From the NCBI GenBank assembly GCA_049724395.1, contig JAUGWO010000097.1, forward strand, positions 124,001-188,000: 64,000 nucleotides of DNA, written 5' to 3'. A program made the position numbers and the translations under genes. Of this stretch, positions 1-11,337 are shown piece by piece (position 1 is the first letter of the stretch; each line of letters opens with the position of its first letter). The DNA comes from Spongospora subterranea f. sp. subterranea (lineage: Eukaryota). The notes beneath the pieces are model-generated. The model was not told the origin of the DNA, made no database searches, and saw only the letters and a program-made list of their open reading frames with translations.

Positions 1-170
1 TACCCCCTGTCATCCACAGCAACGCTACCACAGTTATCATCACGTAGCAGTAATGCACTATGTTACCCCCTGTCATCCACAGCAACGCTACCACAGTTAT
101 CATCACGTAGCAGTAATGCACTATGTTACCCCCTGTCATCCACAGCAACGTTAATCACATAGCAGTAATG
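1..170. repeat. 63-bp tandem repeat, 2 full copies plus a degenerate third; probably continues left of the window
   Basis: The unit taccccctgtcatccacagcaacgctaccacagttatcatcacgtagcagtaatgcactatgt starts at 1, 64 and 127 (third copy internally deleted). Confidence 0.95.
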
Positions 171-509
171 TTGGACTGTACGAGTGATTATTATCCATAT
201 CCACGGTATCGTCGCTCATTATAACGAAATAATGTCGCAATGTGTTGAACTACCCAGGAAGCAGTGCCAAGCATCACCGCCTTTCTCACTTTGACTCTGT
301 TCTTTCCTGCGTGGAACAGGAACCGCTGAACCGGAATCAAACCCAATCTCATAGGAGTACCAGGTAAAGTTGGATTCCGGTAGCCAAGTTGAAATTAATC
401 GTGTTAGGAAGGCTGACCTTCAATATATATACCAATTTTATCAGTTTTTACCAAGCGCTGCTAAGATTGGATTCTCTACGTGAGGATCTGATAGGTGGTA
501 GATTATTTG

Positions 510-3500
510 CTATGACTGTTGGATTAGCGACCGGACCATGCACGGGAATTGTTTCGGATGCGGTGCGATGGTGCCTTGGACTGCCAGCTGCATTGACAGT
601 TGGAGTCTTCGTTGCGCTTGCTGATGTATAAGACTTGACAGCCTTTCCACTATGACTTCTCGAAAGGGATTTAGTATTAGCTGGCTTGGGAAGCGAGCTT
701 GGGCTGAATTGACCCATTGGGCCTGACATTTCATCATCGTCTTCATCCGCTCTTCGGCGTCTGTCAAATAGTTATTAACTATTCGGAACATGCTGTGTTC
801 CCAGTACCTTGTACAACACGAACTATCGTTCGATATTGCGCAATAACAACCACACACTCCCAACAGCAATGTGGTACCGGCAAACGCAGCGATTGCTATC
901 AAAATGACAGGATTTGTCTGTTCAATTGCGTCCAAAATTGTTTTAGGTGAGCTTGGTTGAATTGCGTCACTTGATGATGTCAAACTCTCGTCTTTATACC
1001 TGCATAATGCTAAGATCCACCCGTGTCGAGCCCTTCAAGGGCATTTACCTAGAAGACGGAATATATCCACCAGGGAACTCTTTTTGACATGATGATTGTA
1101 CAATGCGTCCTGTTGCGACCAACGCATACGGCTGAGTTGCTCTTATAGGCAATGATCGAGCGTTCACTTGAACAGTGATTTCCACTCCGGGCTGTATAGA
1201 TCCAGGTAAAACCACGCGCTCAACCGTGTTCACAGCGTCAAGTGACCCTAACTCATTGGCTATATCAAGGCGATCCTGTCAGAGATGCAACGAATTGTGA
1301 TGGAGCGACGACATACGATAATATATCGCGCTGGGATTATCACTTGTATTGACTGTGAGGTCCAGATTCTGAACCAGTTGGGTTGTCGCTTGTGATGACG
1401 AAGGGTAATCGGTCCAGACGAGGGTAAATCGTGGAGGATATGACGAATACAAATAACTGACACAAAATGTGTAGGAATGGGTCTGTTTAGATTTCAAAGA
1501 AGGATCAGAACCATTCACACCCTAACAAGTTCACCCGAATCAGTTCGACTCTCGTCCACAGCAATTATACCGAGCACAATCTTACCCGAGGAGCATAGGT
1601 GGTATGCTTGGCGGCATTATCGGCAAAGTTCAAGACTCGATTCAGTTTCAATCGGCCGAAACCTTGGTATTTATCGGGTGCACTGTTATCAGCGATTACT
1701 TGTGTATCCAGATAATCTTTGTTGATGTATCTTCTTCTCCTGATTTCGAACGAACCCGATATCGCTAATGCTTTCAGCAAGGCGGCCGACGGATTGATAG
1801 CTGCAGACAGATTCTGGACCCCTTTGGCGAGATAGCCTTGCATCAAATATTGCCTAACCAGGTCTACAACCGGTGTCATGTCAGGAACTTGGCCAACCTC
1901 CTATCCCTGTGAAACTGCTTACGTAAATGGGATGCAACATGTGGTGCCGCCATTGAAGTCCCTTGATCGATATACAGATCTGAACTTTCCGACCCATTGC
2001 AATACCGGCTGGCGCTGACTATTTTCAAACCAGGTGCCACAAGGTCGGGCTTAATCCGGCCATCTTGTGTAGGACCAACGCTGGAGAATTCGGCCTATTG
2101 GAACAAGGGTCAACTACCGGTGGAAATAGCAATTGACAACAAAATTTACAAGATCGTCTTCAATACCATTCCCCCATGACTTCACGATACCGCATTGGGA
2201 CGAGCTGGAAAACGAACTTGCCCCGCAGTAGGTGTCGTCGAACATATTCGACGACGATGAGGTGGCGCCGACGGCGACAACGTTCTTCGAGGTGGCAGGT
2301 GGTGTCAAGTTCATTGAGCCGTCCGAGCCTTGGTTCCCGGCGGCAAACACGATCAACATATCTGGGTAGTCCCAGACAAATCTGTCGATATCGCCGCAAG
2401 CCAACTGTACAATGCCATGGATTTGGCGATGCCGAGAACAGCAGAGCGATGTGATTTACAGTATATGTGCCCAGCTCAGCCGGATCCTTGGAGCCCCAGC
2501 TATTCGAGCTGATCCGCGCCCCAACGCTATACGAATATGGCAGATAGTTCGTGGACAAGGTCACTGGCAGGCCAATCGTATCGCCTTTTTGAATATCGAA
2601 GAACGCCACTCTGGCGTCAGATGCAACGCCGTTGAACTTGCTGAGTGATGAAGATCCTAAGACCTTGCCTGCTAGCGTCCCCGATACGTGTGTTCCATGC
2701 CCATTATTATCATTTGAGTCCCCAGAAGTCGGTATGATATACTGAGCAATCTTCCTGTGATTTCCTGTCACCGCCTTTGAGCTATTGTAAACGTTGGTGG
2801 CTACATAAGCGTAGGGAACATTGTGTTCAGGGTCATGAAAGAAGCAACTTCTCGCATCAATACCAGAATCGCTGACACCGATAATGGAATTTTGCCCAGT
2901 GATGCCTGTCATGACACAATCAGTCGTTGAACAGAAATATCGTGAAATATTGGACAATAAATCTCATACCGTGCTTATCGAATAATAACGCATCATTATC
3001 TAGGCCGCTGGGTTCATCGTTCTGTATCAACGAGCGCGCCCAATAGTTGTTGAGGCTGAACGTTTCCCGACGATGCACATACATGACCTCGGGGCGTCGA
3101 GCCAGCCATTCCGTGACCACTTCGAGATCCGACTCAGTGGCAATCGAAACACCGTTCAACGTGATATTCCATATGCGTATTCGGCTGAGCTGATGAGGTT
3201 CTGCACTGAAGCGACAGTGGATTTCCAATTCCGCCAACGCGGTCCATGAGCCTGCCAATGCTTCAAGAGACGACAGCGATGACGTCGAACTAGTTTTGGG
3301 TAATTGGATAATCAGTTCAGGTAAATCAGCTTTCGATTCCGAATCCAGTGCAAGAAAGGTTTTGGCGCCAGATGAGCTCTGGTGTTTGAAAGTCGTATCC
3401 CATTCCCCTACCCATACAACACCAGGGACGTTTTGAATCGCCTGGACGGTGCTAGGATTGGTGAAGACGACGAATGAATTATGGGGTATGTACTCGTCAA

Positions 3501-3792
3501 GGCTGTTGTCAATGAGGACCTCCACCGCTGTTCTAGCTTCCTCTGATATGGGCTCGGCAAACTGTACGATGAAATGGTCTTTGTCGTCTGCACTCAAAAC
3601 AGCGAATGATAGTTTGACGGGGTTGGCGATTGTCGTATCAATAGTTGCCCTAGCCAGAAGCAACATGCGAGAGTTGTCAACGGCGTCACTGAATTCGACC
3701 CAGCGATCCGGATTGTAGTACCCATTCCCAGCTCCGGCAGCGAAAAACACTCTGATACTGACACAAACCAAAACTAGGACCAAACGCCCCAT
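510..3792 (-). CDS. Subtilisin-like serine protease (S8, KP-43/TagC-like) with signal peptide, propeptide and C-terminal TM helix; multi-exon
   Basis: Catalytic motifs occur across exons: GVSDSGID (Asp), NGHGTHVSGT (His), FAAGN (oxyanion) and QGTSMAAPHVA (Ser, read from ~1930-1965). Also seen are SNSWG, GPTQDGRIKPDLVAPG, QGFGRLKL, a hydrophobic N-terminus and the TM segment ILIAIAAFAGTTLLLGVCGCYC. The 3' end is approximate. Confidence 0.92.
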
Positions 3793-4473
3793 ATTTTACC
3801 GAAAAAATGGGAGTTGTTGCTATAATGGTGCAGCACATAAAGGACTCGAGTACCGCTGAGCGATCCAGAGGTACGATCGTATTGTACGTCGGGGCCAGGG
3901 CATATGTATGTACAGAGCATGTGGAGCTGTTTGTATTGATTTCCCAAAACACCCATGTCTGAACTGTGCGGGTGGAGGGCGTGTTGTTCATCAACAGCAT
4001 CTCGGATTTGCCAAGTTGATCTCAATCCGTAATGGAGGTTTTAGGACGTAGCCCAACTTAGATACGTAATCCACGAAAACGGGACTGCCAAAATGACAGA
4101 TGAGTAAAAACGAACTGGAAAAGTCAGGATCTGAACCTGACAGATACCCAGATTATATTCCGCCTTGATTTTTTGTGTTCATTTACACAAAGATATGGAT
4201 AAAATATTACCAGTGGAAATCAGTTCGTCGGAAAGTGATAGGATAATTTGCGCACTTGTCACATCATGGATTTTGGCAAAACGATGCACGGATCCGATTT
4301 CCGCTGTTGCAGGTGCGAAGTGTTGCCCGGCGACAATGCCCTGTTCATGTATTTTCCTAGTAAAAACAATTCTAGAAAAACGCCCTTCTCTAATTCGCAA
4401 AAGGAACAGAAAGAGACGAATCGAAACGTTTAACGAAACGTTTAAACAGGTACGGATCATAAAGAGCGGATAT

Positions 4474-6995
4474 CGGGTGTAGGACGGGTAACGGGTGTAG
4501 GACAGGACGGGTAACGGGGTAGGTAGGACGGGTAATAGGACAGGACGGGTAACGGGGTAGGTAGGACAGGACGGGTAACGGGTGTAGGATAGGACGGGTA
4601 ACGGGTGTAGGATAGGACGGGTAACGGGTGTAGGATAGGACGGGTAACGGGTGTAGGACAGGACGGGTAACGGGTGTAGGATAGGACGGGTAACGGGTGT
4701 AGGACAGGACGGGTAACGGGTGTAGGATAGGACGGGTAACGGGTGTAGGACAGGACGGGTAACGGGTGTAGGATAGGACGGGTAACGGGTGTAGGACAGG
4801 ACGGGTAACGGGTGTAGGATAGGACGGGTAACGGGTGTAGGATAGGACGGGTAACGGGTGTAGGATAGGACGGGTAACGGGTGTAGGACAGGACGGGTAA
4901 CGGGTGTAGGATAGGACGGGTAACGGGTGTAGGACAGGACGGGTAACGGGTGTAGGATAGGACGGGTAACGGGTGTAGGACAGGACGGGTAACGGGTGTA
5001 GGATAGGACGGGTAACGGGTGTAGGACAGGACGGGTAACGGGTGTAGGATAGGACGGGTAACGGGTGTAGGACAGGACGGGTAACGGGTGTAGGATAGGA
5101 CGGGTAACGGGTGTAGGACAGGACGGGTAACGGGTGTAGGATAGGACGGGTAACGGGTGTAGGACAGGACGGGTAACGGGTGTAGGATAGGACGGGTAAC
5201 GGGTGCAGGACAGGACGGGTAACGGGTGTAGGATAGGACGGGTAACGGGTGTAGGATAGGACGGGTAACGGGTGTAGGTAGGACGGGTAACGGGTGTAGG
5301 ATAGGACGGGTAACGGGTGTAGGATAGGACGGGTAACGGGTGTAGGATAGGACGGGTAACGGGTGTAGGATAGGACGGGTAACGGGTGTAGGATAGGACG
5401 GGTAACGGGTGTAGGACAGGACGGGTAACGGGTGTAGGATAGGACGGGTAACGGGTGTAGGACAGGACGGGTAACGGGTGTAGGATAGGACGGGTAACGG
5501 GTGTAGGACAGGACGGGTAACGGGTGTAGGATAGGACGGGTAACGGGTGTAGGACAGGACGGGTAACGGGTGTAGGATAGGACGGGTAACGGGTGTAGGA
5601 CAGGACGGGTAACGGGTGTAGGATAGGACGGGTAACGGGTGTAGGACAGGACGGGTAACGGGTGTAGGATAGGACGGGGTAACGGGTGTAGGACAGGACG
5701 GGTAACGGGTGTAGGATAGGACGGGTAACGGGTGTAGGACAGGACGGGTAACGGGTGTAGGATAGGACGGGTAACGGGTGTAGGACAGGACGGGTAACGG
5801 GTGTAGGATAGGACGGGTAACGGGTGTAGGACAGGACGGGTAACGGGTGTAGGATAGGACGGGTAACGGGTGTAGGATAGGACGGGTAACGGGTGTAGGA
5901 TAGGACGGGTAACGGGTGTAGGATAGGACGGGTAACGGGTGTAGGATAGGACGGGTAACGGGTGTAGGATAGGACGGGTAACGGGTGTAGGACAGGACGG
6001 GTAACGGGTGTAGGATAGGACGGGTAACGGGTGTAGGACAGGACGGGTAACGGGTGTAGGATAGGACGGGTAACGGGTGTAGGACAGGACGGGTAACGGG
6101 TGTAGGATAGGACGGGTAACGGGTGTAGGATAGGACGGGTAACGGGTGTAGGACAGGACGGGTAACGGGTGTAGGATAGGACGGGTAACGGGTGTAGGAC
6201 AGGACGGGTAACGGGTGTAGGATAGGACGGGTAACGGGTGTAGGACAGGACGGGTAACGGGTGTAGGATACAGGACGGGTAACGGGTGTAGGATAGGACG
6301 GGTAACGGGTGTAGGACAGGAGGATAGGACAGGACGGGTAACGGGTGTAGGATAGGACGGGTAACGGGTGTAGGATAGGACGGGTAACGGGTGTAGGACA
6401 GGATAGGACGGGTAACGGGTGTAGGATAGGACGGGTAACGGGTGTAGGACAGGACGGGTAACGGGTGTAGGATAGGACGGGTAACGGGTGTAGGATAGGA
6501 CGGGTAACGGGTGTAGGACAGGACGGGTAACGGGTGTAGGACAGGACGGGTAACGGGTGTAGGACAGGACGGGTAACGGGTGTAGGATAGGACGGGTAAC
6601 GGGTGTAGGATAGGACGGGTAACGGGTGTAGGACAGGACGGGTAACGGGTGTAGGACGGGTAACGGGTGTAGGATAGGACGGGTAACGGGTGTAGGATAG
6701 GACGGGTAACGGGTGTAGGACAGGACGGGTAACGGGTGTAGGATAGGACGGGTAACGGGTGTAGGACAGGACGGGTAACGGGTGTAGGACAGGACGGGTA
6801 ACGGGTGTAGGATAGGACGGGTAACGGGTGTAGGATAGGACGGGTAACGGGTGTAGGACAGGACGGGTAACGGGTGTAGGACAGGACGGGTAACGGGTGT
6901 AGGACAGGACGGGTAACGGGTGTAGGACAGGACGAGGGTAACGGGTAACGGGTAACGGGACGGGTAACGGGTAACGGGACGGGTAACGGGTGTAG
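4474..6995. repeat. G-rich minisatellite, 23-bp unit (aggacgggtaacgggtgtagga[c/t]), about 110 copies
   Basis: Direct reading shows near-perfect tandem copies with one C/T dimorphic position; the right end decays into (cgggtaa)n. Confidence 0.99.
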
Positions 6996-7019
6996 ATTCC
7001 CCTCCTCAACTACAGAATG

Positions 7020-8040
7020 TCTCGATATGATACCGGAGAGCCATTAACTTGAAATACATTAACCAGACGCCGATCTGCGAGTATCGAGATCCCCAGCCCA
7101 ATCAGAGTCGGAATATCCAGTAATTGTAACTACTGATGTATCGGAACCCCAATGTACCAGTCCCACTAAGATACATAAATACTGGTTCGAAGTGAAATAC
7201 ATAGGTCCTGGGTCTCCTGCACACATATCTCGTGCCACTTCACCAACTGTATGATATATCTGACCTTGTATGTCAACAACCAGATCAGATGACTAACAGC
7301 AGATTGATAGTCAATGCGTTGTTGTTCAAGTCGCACAACTTCACGATCATTATCAGTCTGTGGACACGTTAGCTTCGTTAGCTTAATATCACTTGCCGAT
7401 GGAGTTGGCTGCCGAGTAGAGTTGTTCATTTCATACAACTCCAGTTTGTGATACTTTCCTTGATGAATCAATACACCATTGTTTGGTCGATCAATTTGAA
7501 TTCCCAAACATTCTGACAGGTCTCCTCCAATATCAGACATCTTGGTGTCAACGCTTTTTCGAATGTCATTCATCATGGTAGATGCCCCACAATCGGCAAT
7601 CATCAACATATAAACCAAGAACAACAAACTGATCATCCTTGCGCGTGATATACAAACAGGTAGTCGACTTGATACGTGCAAAGCCCTGGTCATTAGTCAA
7701 GAAGGGAATCCATCAACTTATGCCGCTTATACGGTGCGTGTTTAAGACCATTTAAAGACTTGAATATTTTGGCAAATTTTGTTGGAGATTGATATCCTTG
7801 GGGCGCTTTGAGATATTTTTTCGGATAATGATGCATTGGCAAACGCAGTAACCACATCCATCTGTATAGAGATGATGCTAGGGACAGAGCCAACATCAGT
7901 TTCAGTATCTCTGCTCTCGTAACTGGTGCATAAATCTCACTGTACTGGCGGCCAAACTCCTGCTTGTATCCTTAACGAGGCGCGCCTTGAACCGACCACA
8001 AGACGTCCCCTCTGGATTGGGTTCGATCATCCATGAAGAG
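7020..8040 (-). mobile_element. Degenerate Ty1/copia LTR-retrotransposon RT-RNase H fragment
   Basis: Minus-strand motifs are split by frameshifts and stops: RFKARLV, KAPQGY, KSLNGLKHAP, GLYVDD (~7595-7615), LGIQI, IHQGKY, YQSAVSHLIWL and the RNase H motif GYSDSDWAGDLDTRRSASG (~7065-7120). Confidence 0.9.
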
Positions 8041-8245
8041 TCAACTGGAGTGTCCCTCATATTCACATGTTTTACCCGTGAAAATCCATCTCGTACCAAC
8101 AGGTTGTGCTCCAGACGGGATTCGAACCCGCGCCCCATCCTGACCTGGTTGCCACAGCTGAGCACCGATTAGATAAGCTCTCGCAGGGATCGAGGCCTGC
8201 GTCTGTCAATGCTGCCGAGTTCAGCAGGATCGTTATCGACACATC

Positions 8246-8590
8246 ACGTCAAGAGCTACCCGACGTCATTGGAAAAATCGCATAACTGCCAAAAAATCCG
8301 TATTGATATGCACAAATGTGAGCGCGATCACGAGAGAGAGAGATGGATTGCACGACGCCCATCATTCGATAAATTGTACGCAGTCGCCCATCATCCAATG
8401 AGAATATCGATGGCAAACCAATTTCTCAGCTTGATGATGGGCGACTGTGTGCAATTTATCGAATGATGGGCGTGCGTGCAATTTGCGAGTTTCCATCTCT
8501 CTTCGTGATCGCAATCACATATATGCGCGCGTATCAATAAGGAAGGTGGCATGTATTAGATTGTCCAATGACGTCTGTAGCTCTTGACGT
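8246..8590. repeat. Long imperfect inverted repeat (foldback / MITE-like), ~345 bp
   Basis: Nested complementary blocks: acgtcaagagctac/gtagctcttgacgt, gacgtcattgga/tccaatgacgtc, gcgatcacga/tcgtgatcgc, cgcccatcattcgataaattg/caatttatcgaatgatgggcg, cagtcgcccatcatc/gatgatgggcgactg, tgagaa/ttctca. Confidence 0.9.
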
Positions 8591-9579
8591 ACCAGTTCAT
8601 CCATCTGCAATTGAAGTTGTTTGCCTCACAATGAGACTTTGACCTTGTTATCCTTATCCAGCGCTCCGACTTTTTTTACTTTTTTTATTATCTCGGTGAC
8701 GTCACAACCATTTGTATACATCCGTCCCGAACCCTCATAAGAGACTCTTTTACTTTGACTTTGAAAAACAAGCATCTTGCATCACAAAAGAGCTACACGT
8801 ATTTCTCTGATTTGTGACAAAATTTCCTTCCAGAAGTCAACAGCCCCCAGTTTTCGATTCAAACCCTTTTCGCACCATTGGTCGCTTGAAATGCTCAATT
8901 ATCGTTCTTGAAGCTTCTCCATATTTGCATTGTACAAGTTCTGTTAACTCTTGTTGTCCTATAATAACGCACCGCACCCATTACATATTTTAAATCATAA
9001 CGAGAAGCATACTTCGCCAAGTATTTGTTTTGTATTAGACTTCCTTTGTACTCGCAAGATACATAACAAATGCAACCAAGTTGAGTTTTGAAATCTACTG
9101 AAACAGCAGGAAAAGTCGTGTCAACTGAGGGGAACAACGAAGTAAAACCTGTGAACACACATCCAAACTGGAAAATTCATAAATCGCCAAGCATATTCAA
9201 CGGCGATGTGCGTCATTAGAGTGAGTTTATTCGTGAAACTTCGCTAGCCTCATTGATCAAGTGTGATAGCCTAACCTCAGATGGGATCAACGCCAAGAGG
9301 CTTTGAAGAAGTCATTCTTTATATACGACGTAGTCAAAGGTTAACCATCGAATAGAGACGAATTGTCTATGCAAACCTTGCCGCTTTCAAGGTCGGTCAA
9401 GACAAACCTTTATTGTTGTAAGCGCTGGATGATTCTCATTATTGTTGTGGGACCCATAAAGGCTTTGGCCAACGGCCGATCGATACAGTACACTACTTCT
9501 GTAGAAGACACTGTTCATATTCTTTACTGATACCCGCAAATGGTATATTGACATCCCTTAGGTTGTTTTCGCTCGGGGG

Positions 9580-11257
9580 ATGGACACGTTCACGAGTCCC
9601 GATCTATACGAAGGTGATGGTCCACCGCCGACTACTGACAAATTGAATTCGCGGCAAAAGGAAGATCTCGCCGATGATAAGGCTCTTCCGTCAGCGGACG
9701 AATTGAACCCAAAAGAGACTTCGGGCGATGACCAGGGTCTATTCCCGCACCATTGCAGAACCGTTAGTCCCGAGTTCGAGGCGTCTATCGAAGTTCGGAA
9801 GCCGGCGGGTGATCGTAGCCAAGTCTATCAGGACGTGGCCAGCCCGGATGTACCCGTACCCGACGCCGTCCCCGTAGTGCCATCCCACGCTGTGGCGTTC
9901 CAACGTTCCGAGCGTAGATCATTGAGCGCAGCACGGCCACATGGGTTGCCCGACTCAACGCCATCGTTACACAGTGTTAAAGTGGCCAATCTGACGTTAC
10001 AGTCTGGTATCGTTATCACATCATCTCAATAATGTTCGTCGTCTTGGTCTCATTGCTTTATTGATCGGTGAAGGTTATTATGGAATGCAAGGTCGGCGGC
10101 CGACAATGGAAGACTTTCATACCCAGATTCAAGATCCAGACCTTAACAAGTTCGTTGCGTCTGTATCTTGCCGATTGACACTGTCTCACTTCCTTGCTTA
10201 TCAGCATCGCAGCAATGCCGAATGGGCCAGAACTAACGCATAGGAGCTTTTTTGCCATTTTCGATGGTCATGGAGGCCCTTGGTGTGCTGATTACTGTTC
10301 AAGGACAGTCCATCAGAATCTAGTCAACCACAGCGCATTTAGGGGGACGTCGTCTACCCCTCTAGTAGAGTCCATTATCATGGCAGATGCCGCATTCTGC
10401 AATATAGTTAGGTAACAGAATGGTCGTCGTCGAGTTCATTGAGATTGATGTGGATTTACAAAAGGAGTAAAGGCCTGAATGATAGCTCAGGAACAACTGC
10501 CATCATAGCCTATATTGTAGATGATCATCTAATGGTAGCAAACGTTGGAGATTCACGGGCAGTCCTATGTCGAGGAGGTTTGCACCATAATAGTGCCTAA
10601 TAGCGTTAAATATTGACCTACGTTTTTTCTTAGGATCATGTATTGCATTGTCGTCCGATCATAAACCGAATAGAAAGGATGAAAAATCCAGAATAACGAG
10701 CTCGGGAGGATTCGTCGGCCGGTCTTTGCAAGAAGCAAAATCAAGCTCTTCTAGGAGCATAGGAGGAGAGATGCTTTCTCAGGCGATCTCGACATGCTGC
10801 TCTTCAGGTGGATATGGATACCCACCCATATCGAGTATATCCAGGTGTTGGATCAGAATTGTTTCCTGTAAGCAATTGCTCATCATTGACTTCCAGGGGG
10901 CCTAGCAATATCACGAAGCATTGGGGATCTAGAGATGAAAGCATCTAGATTAGTGATTAACACTCCAGAAATCGTAGAGGTTGGCATATATGGCTTATCA
11001 GTTATCAGCGCTTTTTTGTTTAATTCTGTTGCTAGTTGAAACTGACACACACAGACGAGTTTATAATTCTTGGGTGTGATGGAGTATGGGACGTCATGTC
11101 TAATGAAGAAGCCATTGAACACGTTAGGGCATTCCGAAAAAGGGTCGGAGAACATCCGATGGAGGCAGCAAAGTACCTGGCCAACATGTCCTATGCTGCC
11201 GGCAGCACCGATAACATTTCGGTATTAGTAATCTTTTTCAAAGACAGTACGAAATAA
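9580..11257 (+). CDS. Protein phosphatase 2C (PPM family); multi-exon
   Basis: Motifs [64 protein letters not shown] and GSTDNISV occur in successive exons separated by GT-AG introns. Confidence 0.95.
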
Positions 11258-11337
11258 ATTAATATGATTTATGATCCATTGACGGAATTCATGTTGGAGC
11301 AATAAATAGTGGCATATGATGCAGTAAACAATTGCAA

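Noticed and set aside
4474..6995. Interstitial telomere
   Set aside because: The unit is 23 bp and does not match T(n)AGGG-type repeats; there is only a superficial G-strand bias.
4457..7009. 850-aa Pro/Tyr/Thr-rich ORF
   Set aside because: It is a translation of the 23-bp satellite, whose C-rich strand lacks stops in all frames. Indels in the array do not preserve frame, so there is no sign of coding constraint.
7166..7693. Intact 175-aa secreted protein
   Set aside because: It is a frameshifted piece of copia reverse transcriptase; the hydrophobic start is out-of-frame sequence around YVDD.
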